Below are positions 52,576 through 64,000 of a stretch of DNA of 64,000 nt, in pieces (the stretch's first letter is position 1; each line of letters starts with the position of its first letter). This DNA is from Octopus vulgaris (lineage: Eukaryota), in assembly GCA_951406725.2 (NCBI GenBank), contig OX597825.1, forward strand, positions 54,870,001 through 54,934,000, in the 5' to 3' direction. The translations under genes and the position numbers were made by a program. The notes beneath the pieces were generated by a model. That model saw nothing but the letters and a program-made list of their open reading frames with translations. It ran no database searches and was not told where the DNA came from.

Positions 52576-53261
52576 GGATTCTTAAATAGCTATGAAGCTA
52601 CAAATTTGGTTGAAAGGAGCAATAACTGATTATCACAGTATCTGACCAGTACTATATTTTATTGATCCCAATGGATGGAAAGCAAATCTGACTTCAGCAG
52701 TATTTTAAAGAGCTGGAAGAAATGTTGCAAGACATTTTTTTCTGAAACTCTAATGATTCTTCTAGCTTGCTGTCTTAAAAATTTTTGTATTAAGGAAAAA
52801 TGCCAACAATTTTGCTGGAGAAAAATTAATCAATGCCATTAACCCCTCTACTTGATTGGCACTTTAATTTATCACCCCTGGAGGAATGGAAGGCAAAAAT
52901 TTGACCTCAGCAGTATTTGAATTCAGTATATAAAGAGTCAAAAGTAAAGCTGCAAAGCATTTTGTAAAATACAGAAGCCAATTCCCTGATCTTAATAATG
53001 ATAATGATGATGATCTGTTTTTGTTTTCCTCTGAGGTGCCAGATGAAGGGGTTTATTACGAAGACTAGTTTTGATGTCTGGGGTTTACATAAAATCAGGT
53101 TATCAAGGAAAAAAGAAAGAAAACAGTGAAGGAGAAATGAAATGAAAGGCATACACATATGATATATGAAATACATGAATTCATGGATAATATGGTCCAC
53201 CAAGTACAGGAGAGACTTCAACTTGCTCACTGCCTTAACAATAATAATAATAATAAGCGCA

Positions 53262-53848
53262 AGTGAGACCATAACCTTGTAGCCTCTGCCAGGGGTGTAA
53301 CCAGTCCACTCATGTGTGCCTTTCCTTCATTAGACACTAAGCTCTACTTGCGAAGACTTGTGGAGGCAAGTGAAATCGAAATCGAAATCAAATTCGGTGA
53401 CTGGCATCCGTGCTAGTGGAGTGCTAAGAGTACCGTACGAGTGAGATTGGGGCCAGAGCAACAACCTGGCCTCCGAGCCGATAGTACGTTAAAAACACCA
53501 TTTGAGCATGATCGTTACCTGCGTTGCCTTACTAGCACTTGTGCTGGTGGCACGTGAAAAACATTCGAGCGACATCGTTGCCAGTGCCGCTGGACCAGCT
53601 CCTGTGCAGGTGGTACATAAAAAGCACCATTTGAGTGTGGCCATTGCCAGAACAGCCTGACTGGCCCTCGTGCCAGTGACACGTAAAAGCACCCACTACA
53701 CTCTCGGAGTGGTTGGCGGTAGGAAAGGCATCCAGCTGTAGAAACTTTGCCAGACCAGAATGGAGTCTGGTGCAGCCATCTGGTTCGCCAGACCTCAGTC
53801 AAATCATCCAACCCATGCTAGCATGGGAAGCGGACGTTAAACGATGAT
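53262..53848 (+). mobile_element. RTE LINE 3' UTR
   Basis: Reverse complement of 58010-58535, including the tandem units and the terminus ggacgttaaacgatga. Confidence 0.9.
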
Positions 53849-53859
53849 TATTATTATTA

Positions 53860-56500
53860 TGATTTCTTTTATTGGTCACAAAGGCCTAAGACAAGATATA
53901 ACATACAAACAGGCAGGATTTATATTGATAAAAGGGAGACACTGCAACAATAAGTTTCTCACAAAAGATGTAAAATAAAGACAAAATTTATAAAAATAAA
54001 TAATTAATAAATAGTATTCCCAAAAGAGGAGTTGTCTATCTAGGGTAGTTCTAGGAAAACTCTCACACAAAAAATCTACGAATACTCTGCCAGCTCCAAG
54101 ACATAAGAAGTGCCATCTTCCACTTTTTCTTCTCCTATTTAGAAAAGCATACTCAGAGTAGGTCCATTCAGCCTCACCAGACTTGCCACTTTCAGTCACC
54201 TTCCAATAAAATGCTAGAAGGCAGCACCTCACATTCCTCTTCAAGTGATATATGAAGAAACTGGTGGGTTTATCGCAACACCTCGTTTGCCATAACTAAT
54301 AGACAGAGAAAGATCAGCTTTCTTTCTCTGCTAAAGGGAGGTGGTACATTGATCTTCACTAAAAACATGGCAGACACCTAAATCCATCTTACATGAGACA
54401 ACAGCTGCTCAACACAGGCCCACAAGTTGCTAATACATGGACACTAAATGATTGGGTGCAGGATGATGATTTCTTCCCACTATACATATATCTTGGATAG
54501 GTTTGGCTGTTCGTGCTTCTATGTCTGAAGAGCTAGCCTCAAATAGATAACAACTCATATAGACTTAAATGCCAATGTCTTTTGGAAGTAATCCATAGTC
54601 TTCAACCTATTGATGCCCACAGTCAATTCCAGGCCATCATTGCTGATATCCTCAACTAACCTCCTACGGAAATCTTGAGTTGCTTTCCCCAAAATAGCTT
54701 TGTCCAGGTGGTACAATGTTGTGAGAACCTGGTTACATTTTAGATGCTAGACACCCAGTCTTCATTTATGCTTGGCCCATGACTGCAGCTTGGTCAAAAA
54801 AGATGAGCTGAAGAAAGATGTGTCTCATATAGGACACACACCAGTTCACCCTTTTTTGTTGTTGTTGTCGTCGATAGCATTGCAGTGATTTAGATATTTC
54901 TGCAAAGGTGTCAGTCTCAGCACAAGCTGGTGCATCTTCAAGAGTGATATCTCAAGATCACCAAGGAGTGAGTGTTGACAACAGATGGATTTCTTGACGG
55001 ATTACCAGTGGAACCGGATCCTTCCATAAGAATCAGAAAAGCAGGTGCTCCAACCTAGTCAGAGTTTTCTGGGGACATTTTATGATGGTTAGACATTAGT
55101 ATATCACAAAAGCAATGCATGCATTCACTACTTCTCCCCAGCCTTTCAAAAGCAGCTTCCTCTCAGAACATTTTTCTGTGAGATTGGCCACCCTGCTCAC
55201 CTGTTACCTGTTCCATTCCACTCGGAGGTCAGGTCCAAACCAGATTCCAAGATTCAGCAGACCCTTACTTCAGTGACAGAAATCACTGTTGGTGGACATG
55301 AACCTGCCTCTCCAAGGGCCTAGCTGCAAATCCATTGATTTTTCCTGGCTTGTGTGTGCTCCTGTACATACTTGGTATTCTTTTAGCATAGTGTTGACAA
55401 CTTCTATATCTAAAAAGTCGAAGATCATGACAGTGATGTCATCCTTGCATGCAGACACAACTCCCCTGTGACCTAGTTCTGGTGAGATTCTTCTCAAACA
55501 TTCCTGCCTTCACAAAATAGGTTCCAATGTCAAAACATATAAAAGTAGGGAGAGGGGACATCCTAGGCAGACCAAGTGTCTGATGCTGAAAGATTCCAAG
55601 AGGTGGCCATTTAATTTGACCACTGAACAGATACCATTGCACTTTGTGGTGATCAAATGTACAATGGCATTTTCTCCCCTCTGAAGATGGGACCAAACTG
55701 GCAGCAACCAGACAGCAATGGTCTACCTTGAAAAATGCCTTTGACTGAGCCAAATTGACCATTGCTCTACTAAATACAGATCTGCTATTCTAATAAAAAG
55801 CCTATCTAAATATGAGCTGGATGATTCATTGCAATTTGACCAAGTCCACATTAACATATTTGAGAAATTGAGGCAAAGTGTGTCAAACAGATAGAGATGT
55901 CAGATAGTTTGCAAGGCTTTTGCACACACCTCCCCTTTCAGCTGCTCTCCCATAATCTTTGCTTGCACCCAAGATCCCATTCCTGCTGCCCACTTACACT
56001 ATATGAGCAAGATGTCTTTAGACAACCACTAGTGTGAAAACTCTACCATTTCCTTCCTTGCTGTCCATGTCCAAAACCACCAACCTACTGGCCAAGTCTT
56101 GGAAAACTGTATTTACTTTTCTATTTCAAGGCCTTTCCAAAACAGGACTGTTATGCCATTTGATACAGGTCAGCTGGAGGAGACATAAACCTTACAGATG
56201 TCCAGAGGGAGAGACAGCAATTGTGTTATGGAAATCCTAGCCTTGCAGGTGGCTACTACATCCAGAGGTCGTTGATCTGAGGTCATTGAGCAGGTGACCC
56301 AGCTTCCACGCTGCCACCAGGCCACAAGCATTTATGGAGCCTATTTTTAGCATTGCCATTCTAGGAGGAGGGAAAGAAACAGAAAGAGGATTCAGTCACT
56401 TACCCTAGTCTCGGGGTTGTCCTTTTTCAGGGCCTCTGTACAGGCCTTCCACAATCCTTTTGCCTAATTAGTTTTAGAATTTTTCCACATCACGTGGGGA
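53860..56500 (-). mobile_element. Degenerate Tx1/L1-clade LINE with internal deletion (APE, RT, C-terminus)
   Basis: ORF2 start near 56359 MAMLKIGSINACGL...LLNDLRS (APE), SSSYLDR, then RT NLAQSKAFFKVDH, GCPLSLLLYVLTLEP, VSACKDDITV, then LWACVEQLLS and FFIYHLKRNVR; AATAAA near the 3' end at ~53870. Confidence 0.88.
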
Positions 56501-56544
56501 AACATTCGAGGATGATAATGATTATCAAGATGATAACAACAAAT

Positions 56545-56800
56545 TTTCTTTTATTTGCCACAAGGACAACAAACAAAAGCAACAACATGCATAACAAGAA
56601 CAATACAGTGAGATACAAATAATCTTGCTAGTCACATTGTCTTAGTTAGGGTAGGAAAATAAATAAATGACTGAATAAATACATAAATAATAAGTGAATA
56701 ACTGAAGAGAAGATATAAAAGAACAAATAAATAGAGGGTGAGAAAAAAGGATAGAAATCTGGTATGAGAATTAATACACGATAGTGTGTGTGTATGAAGG
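56545..56800 (-). mobile_element. Probable second Tx1-type 3' end
   Basis: Minus strand ends ttgtccttgtggcaaataaaagaaaa, similar to the end at 53860. Confidence 0.4.
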
Positions 56801-56924
56801 GGAGCATGATGGATGGTGTTAATGGGTGGAAGTGGTGGTGCCAGACATGCTCCAATAATTTATCAGGTTACATGTAATACGAATACATAGATAGAACACT
56901 AAAGGTAAGGTACATAAGTAATAT

Positions 56925-57119
56925 AATATGAAAATACATGCATATACATACACACACTTGTCTCTGTGTGTATGTGTGCAAATGCTATATATATATATAT
57001 ATAGAGAGAGAGAGATGTATATATATATATATATGTATGTGTATAAATATATATAAAGAACACATGAACACAGACATATATATATGTATACATATCTATA
57101 CACACACGTTAATATATTG

Positions 57120-57150
<31 letters not shown>

Positions 57151-57244
57151 CACATACACACATTGATATATCTATATATATATACACACACACATACACA
57201 CGTTGATATATCTATATCTAAATACATACACACAAACATACACA

Positions 57245-57285
<41 letters not shown>

Positions 57286-57470
57286 TATATATATGTATAT
57301 GCTCTCACACACATATATAGACACATACATATGCCCTCACACACACGTATATAGACACATAGATATAATACATATATATACCTATAAACATACACACAAG
57401 CATACCTACGCATAAATGCAATCACAAACACACACACACTGTATCTCAAACAAAGCCATAGTTATATACA
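56925..57470. repeat. Compound TA/CA microsatellite tract
   Basis: Directly visible. Confidence 0.93.
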
Positions 57471-57885
57471 CACGTTTCAGCAATGATTGACTAATCCCGC
57501 TGGCATGAAAAGTAGCAGCCTCCTTGTACCCTCCCCTACCAAAAAAAAAACCCCATGGGAAAAACTAAAACAAGGGTAAAGATTAAAGAAGTGTTGCTAA
57601 TCAGACAAGATAACCCTCATCCCATGAAAAAAACAACATTATAAGAAATGTAACAGCATATATGAAAACGAAGTCAGTGGGAGGTTTTGAATCTAGCAGA
57701 TAAATGAAACCCTCCTTCTAAACAAATCTCTTTGCTCTCTTTAAAATGTCTGTTATAAGGCTGTGAGAAATCTCTCTCATTCACACAAGAATCACTTAGT
57801 CAAACAAGTAAATCTCTTTCTTTCTTAATAGCATGCCTACTTCTTTTATTTTTTTTTATCAAAACAGGTGCATAAGAATCTCTAA

Positions 57886-57938
<53 letters not shown>

Positions 57939-57974
57939 ATACACACACACATATATGATATATATATATGTATG

Positions 57975-58007
<33 letters not shown>

Positions 58008-59412
58008 CATCATCATCATCATTTAACGTCCGCTTTCCATGCTAGCATGGGTTGGATGATTTGACTGAGGACTGGCAAACCAGATGGCTGCACCAGGCTC
58101 CAATCTGATCTGGCAGAGTTTCTACAGCTAGATGCCCTTCCTAATGCCAACCACTCCAAGAGTGTAGTGGGTGCTTTTACATGCCAGTCAGGTGGTACTG
58201 GCAACGGCCATGCTCAAGTGGTGTTTTTTACATGCCACCTGCACAGGAGCCAGTCCAGCAGCACTGGCAACGACCTCGCTCGAATGTTTTTCATGTGCCA
58301 CCAGCACAAGTGCCAGTAAGGCGACGCTGGTAACAATCACATTTGAATGGTGCTCTGAGTGCTTCAATGGCACAGCTGCCAGTCATCGAATTTGCGAATT
58401 TGATTTGATTTGATTTTGATTTCATTTGCCTCAACAAGTCTTCACCAGCAGAGTTTAGTGTTCAATGTAAGAAAGGTATGCATAAGTGGGCTGGTTACAC
58501 CCCTGGCATAGGCCATGGGTTATGGTCTCACTTGGCTTGCCGGGTCTTCTCACGCACTGCATATTTCCAAAGGTGAGGCCTAATGTTCGAAGATCGTGCT
58601 TCACCACCTCATCCCAGGTCTTCCTGGGTCTATCGCTTCCACAGGTTCCCTTAACCTCTAGGGTGTGGCACTTTTTCCCTCAGCTATCCCCATCCATTCT
58701 TGCCACATGACCATACCAGTGCAGTCGTCTCTCTTGCACACCACATCTGATGCTTCTTAGGTCCAACGTTTCTCTCAAAGTACTTAGTCTGTTGAGTATG
58801 CACACTGACATTACACATCCATCAGAGCATACTGGCTTCATTCCTTGTGAGCTTACACATATCCTCAGCAGTCACGGCCCATGTTTCCCTGCCATGTAGC
58901 ATGGCTGTTCGTACACATGTATCATTCAGTCTACCTTTTACTCTGAGAAAGAGGCCCTTTGTCACCAGCAGAGTTAAGAGCTCTGTGAACTTTGCCCAAG
59001 CTATTGTTATTCTACCAGCTACACTTTCAGTGCACCCTCCCCTGCTACTGACTTGGTCACCTAGGTAACGGAAGCTATCAACTACTAGTTTTTCTCCCTG
59101 GTATGTGGCGGAAGTTGTTCTCTGCACATTTTCAGTGTTTATTGCTCCTGAGCATCTGCCAAAAACTATCTTCCCAGTTAGCCTTCCTTTGATATTGCTG
59201 CACCTCTTATGTGTCCATGGCTTACACTGGGTACATCTTATAGAGTTTCTACCTATGCCTTTTCTACAGATTGAGCAGGGCCATCTATCTGAAGGGATTT
59301 GTGGTTTGTCTGCCTCCTACTTATTAGGACTTTGGTTTTAGCTAGGTTGACTCTAAGGCCTTTCGATTCTAATCCTTGTTTCCACACCTGAAACTTCTCC
59401 TCTAGTTCTGAT
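58008..59412 (-). mobile_element. 5'-truncated RTE-clade LINE with a PHD-like finger within the RT
   Basis: ELEEKFQVWKQGLESKGLRVNLAKTKVL, then CSICRKGIGRNSIRCTQCKPWTHKRC, then VVDSFRYLGD, AMLHGRETW, 3' UTR and (GAT)n tail. Confidence 0.94.
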
Positions 59413-61164
59413 ATATATACACATGCATATATCTATAGACAGCATTCTAAAAGCAACCATATCTCCTTCAACAAATATACATCACTTAAAATGATTGACC
59501 AAATATACCAGTGACAGACCTTCTGCATAACCTTTCTCATCTGTTTTCATGCCTATTCTGTCTCTTCTGCTAATCTGACACATCTATGTGTATATCTCTT
59601 CCACCTGTCTTCTACACATTCCTATTTGTCGTTCAACATCAAGGCTCTTCCCTAAACATTTGCTGTGTAATTATTTTCCTGATCATCACTCAATCTTTGA
59701 TATGTCCTGGAGACATTGACTAAACATAAATTATATTGATCTCACAAGGGCACTGCCTCTTCTTCTTAACTAAACCATAAACTAATTGTAGCACCCAATA
59801 TCTCTGTCATTCAAAACCTCTGATTATCTTTACAATATATACGGCAGTATATTCTAAATTTTGGGATAATAAGGGACAGAACAACCTTGGCTAGAATAGC
59901 AGTCAAACAAGTATGTCTTTTCTTAGAAATGGAACCTTTCTCTAGAATTGAGAGGAATATATGATAGATGCATAAAACAACAACAATTAGAGCTTGTGAT
60001 ATTAGTGATGACCTGCAATAATGAATTAATAAAATTTGTAAAATAAGATAGTTTGTGTGTTATGAGATGAGTGGGTTGCTGTGATTTTGAGCAGTAGAAC
60101 TCATCATCAAACATATTTAATAAATGTTATTATGGTCAAGTAAATTTCCCCTTGTTTCTTGGTTTCTTACTGATACATGTTGATGTAAAGAAAAAGTCTC
60201 TCTATATATATATTCAAACTATTGAATATAATAGCAAAATTTCTTTCAACAAAACCATCTCTTGTCTATCAAATGAGGGACATCATTAACCAGTGAAAGA
60301 GCTTGTATATAATTAGCCAGCTCATTCAATGTAGCAGTGCAACTTCCCTTGACCACTTTCTTTCAAACAGTGGGCCACGTGTACTTTCTAAGATCTAAAT
60401 TGCAGGCTATGATAACATACAATTAAGATATGATGGTCAGAGCTAAAAGCACAGATAAAATGGCTTTATTGTTTCAATCAGTTACCTACATAGTATTGTT
60501 TGCACTGCTCAAGTGGAGTTGACCAAAGTTATACAACAATAATAAGACAGACAACACATCATTGGAAATCATTGTTAATAACAACACATCACCACAAGGT
60601 AATATCATTAGAAGAAATATAGGTGGGAAGAGGGGTCAGAGATCAGGTAATGTAGACAAAGGACATTAAACCAGGTAACCTACACAACAGAAGCTATATT
60701 AATATCAGACACACATTCAAGAAAAGCAAATGAGCAGTCTTCAAGCCCATAATAATAATGATGATGATGAATATGATGATGATAACAACAACAACAACAA
60801 CAGCCACCACCACCACCACCACAACAACAACCCTTTGTAAAAAATAACCCTTACAAAAAATTGTTGACTAGAAATAGAAGCAACTTATCAATAGCAAATA
60901 ATAATAATAATAATAATGACAAAAACAACACTTACAACAACAGCAATAATATTAACAACAACATAAAAAAGTAAACAGAAAATACTAAGTGACCAGAACA
61001 AGATAGAAAATTAGAATATTTAGGAAATGTAACATTAAGTGGAGGATGAAGAAAAAAAATAAACATTTCTCTAGAAATAACAGGAACATACATAGAGGTA
61101 GTTAGGAACAAATGAAGCAGACAGCAAACAACACAGACAAATGAAAATGAGGAGAGAAAAAATT

Positions 61165-61560
61165 GCACAAAAATCGAATACAATTCGCAATTAGATTAGT
61201 ATTAAGTATTGACCTTAATGCCAAGAACAAAACAATGATCATAAACACATTAGTTGTCCTATTAATCAATTATAGTTCTAGCATAATAAGTTGGAAATTA
61301 AATAAACTAAAACAAAGTAGACAGGAAAACAATGTAAATTATAATATTCAGAAAGAACCAGCCAAATATTCAATAAAGACAAAATAACAATTGAATGAGG
61401 ATGATTTATCTAATACGAAAAATACTATATAATACCTACAGTAAGAACACAATAAAAGTCAGTATTTTATAAGCTAGTCATGCAACATGAGAGAGCAAAA
61501 AATAAAATCTATTCTGTATAGATTACAAAGGAAGTAGATATGATGATATAGGAACTGGGA
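61165..61560 (+). mobile_element. Highly degenerate R4/Dong-like fragment
   Basis: IRLVLSIDLNAKNKTMIINTLVVLLINYSSSIISWKLNKLKQ resembles the post-RT segment of the two Dong copies (RQILKLKLNGWNKIEAIKTWVVSLIRYG); AAT/AAC-rich flank. Confidence 0.55.
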
Positions 61561-61670
61561 TTACATACACATATATGCACATACACATACACAAATATAT
61601 ATACACACACACATATATATAAACATGCACATATATACACACACATATATACACATACACACACACACAC

Positions 61671-61713
<43 letters not shown>

Positions 61714-62618
61714 CACATACTCATCAACTATACACATACATATACTTCCACATGAAGATGGCCATATACAATGATAAAAGGAGGAGGAGGTAGAAGTAAA
61801 ATTACTGCATAAACTGAAATCTGTCTGCCAGATGAACAGAAAAATGGTAAATCCTGTTGAAGACAATGTAACAGAGGGGAAACTAGCGTGTACTCCCTCT
61901 CTGCAATCACAAAACAGAAAAAAAATAGAGGAATAATTCTTCTCTCAAAGAAGAAAATGATAAATTCATGAAAATTTCCTGGAAGTATTGAGTAATGTAT
62001 CTAGGTGGATAGGAGAAAATGTCTTGCCATTTTATTTTATTTCAGAGAACTTAGCTGCTATTTCTAAAGTTTTAGAGACCATGTATAGGTTCTTGTCTTT
62101 GCTTGGGGAAGATTGATCTATTTGCTTCTTTCTGTATAAGTGCTGTGTATATAAATTGAAGACAATTTATCACCTTCTCAGACTACAAGAAATAGCTGTT
62201 AAATCTCCTTCAAATCACACCCTATCATTTTAAGTAAGACAAGAACACATCATAAGATATTGCATGTATCCCTGGATACCTCATAGAAAAACAGAATGCT
62301 TTTAAACAAAGGTCTGCTGAATCAGAGTTGACTGGGCTAAGTAACAGCAACAACTACCACAGCAATGAGATATACAAGGAAGCATCTGTCCAGTTAGTTG
62401 ACTTGTTAGCAACAGCAATTAAATCTCCAACAGACTGTCTTAAAATGTAAAGGACACTTTAGTCTATGTAATCCTTTAAAAAAAATTGTCTGAAATAAAT
62501 AATAGGATGATCACGACTGGAATGTCTTTGATGATATACCAGGCTGGTCAGAGTGATCTTGGATGCTAAACAACAGAGATCATTATACAAAATGAGATTA
62601 AGACCTGAACCTGTGCCA

Positions 62619-62667
<49 letters not shown>

Positions 62668-63179
62668 TGTGTGTGTGTATAAACATCGTCTGAAAGTCTA
62701 CTGACATCACTTAGAGCAGGTATGGTGTCTATACATACTGTTTACAAAGAGAAGTACTTTCAGGGGATATCCAACAGTGAAAAGCCATGTTCACATTTTG
62801 GTGTGCAAGAACATGCTAAAAATGTATGCAGACATTATAATTTTGATTGTCTTTATTTTTTGTATGCTCACAATAATTTGATATCAGCTTGGCAAGTTTT
62901 CACACACATCAGCAAATGCTCTGTTTACTGATTTCTGTAGACAAGAATAGTTGTTCCCGTCTAGCTCCAAAGGATCAAGTAGGGTGTACTACGGAGAGAA
63001 TGAAATTATACCAAAGCACCAATGGTGCCTGATAGTCTTCTAATGTCATTTGGAGTAAGAGTGGTATGTGCACATATCATGGGTAGGGAGAAGTCATTCT
63101 TCAAAATGAAATCCTACAGCAAAATATTATGTTCACATTTAGGCAGGTGTGCAGGAAAAGAGTAAGAATACATGTACAC

Positions 63180-63582
63180 ATTATCATCATGTTACCATCC
63201 ACTTTTCCATGCTTGTATGGGCTGGCTGAAATTTATTGAGGCAGATTATCTACAGCCCTGACGTCCTTCTTATTACCAACTCTCACCTATTTCCAAATAA
63301 GGTAATAGTTCTGCATTGTCAGATATGTTTTCAAGAAATATTGAAAATGAAGGATAGCACTTCCATGACGTTGATGCTCATTTACAACTATACATTGCCA
63401 AGGTAAGGAGAAACTAACACACACACACAAATGACGAACTTCTTTCTATTTCCATGAACAAAACCAACTCACAAGGCTTTTGCTAGAAGGCACTTGCCCA
63501 AGGTGCCCTACAGTGGGACTGAACCAGAGACCATGTGGCTGGTTAGCAAATTTCTTACAACACAACAATACCTGCATCTACA
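63180..63582 (-). mobile_element. CORE-SINE subfamily B2 (B head, RTE-type tail)
   Basis: Head/core at 63430-63580; tail catcatgttaccatccacttttccatgcttgtatggg. Confidence 0.7.
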
Positions 63583-63619
63583 CATACACATATGTGCACA
63601 GTTTCTTTGATATGGAACC

Positions 63620-63760
63620 CAGTTCTAAGCTGGAACTTTATTTTGTCAATCCCTCAAGGTTGAAGGGCAAAGCTGACTTTGGCAAGATTTGAACTCACTG
63701 TGTAAAAGGCTGTAACTTAATACAACACTAATGATTCTGCCAATCCACAGCCTTGCTTTA
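63620..63760 (-). mobile_element. Degenerate family A SINE
   Basis: gaagggcaaagctgactttggcaagatttgaactc...attctgccaatcc. Confidence 0.65.
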
Positions 63761-64000
63761 ATAATAATAATAATAATAATTGGTACAAGAGCATAAATTC
63801 CAAAGAGGCAGTAGTAAAAATGAACCATTAGAATCCAAGTAACAGAATTCATAGAGCCCCAAGTAAATTTGCCTTACGGTACTCAATTATATTCCCTTAT
63901 GATGGGAGTTCAAATCCCACTTGGGTTGGTCTTCATTTTCTTCATTCTGTGGTCAAAAATATACATAAGTTAAATTCTGAGCTTGATGAAATGAACTAAC

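Noticed and set aside
59430-59900. Possible CR1/L2 fragment on minus
   Set aside because: Only two weak motif resemblances.
62935-63035. Candidate downstream exon after tttctgtag
   Set aside because: The phase-0 frame stops after 7 codons, so it cannot follow the 21045 donor; no other support.

Overview
AT-rich, repeat-dense eukaryotic DNA. The repeat families (tRNA-derived CORE-type SINEs, RTE LINE 3' ends with (GAT)n tails, abundant TA/TACA/AAT microsatellites) point to a coleoid cephalopod, most likely an octopus; this is an inference from recognition of the repeats, not a database result. No intact multi-exon gene can be read. The window looks like intronic or intergenic sequence, with one plausible first coding exon (20816-21045, MMQRYFRKYRCK followed by GTGAGT) and a CpG-richer first ~430 bp. 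Recognisable elements are degenerate LINEs of three clades (RTE, R4/Dong with an RLE endonuclease, Tx1/L1), many SINE copies, non-autonomous Helitrons, hAT and TTAA MITEs and a probable Gypsy relic. Almost every ORF in the track is a microsatellite or TE artefact. Main observations: (1) a 536-bp element at 12741-13276, flanked by a 10-bp direct repeat, that is a head-to-head palindrome of a unit made of a tRNA-like head, (AAT)n and a minimal Penelope-type hammerhead ribozyme motif; (2) a PHD-type zinc finger inside the RT of an RTE LINE; (3) a SINE subfamily whose tail resembles the 3' end of a Tx1 LINE; (4) a ~550-bp non-coding element found twice inside (TAA)n tracts; (5) a mosaic region at 16.0-18.6 kb that is probably a collapsed heterozygous insertion.
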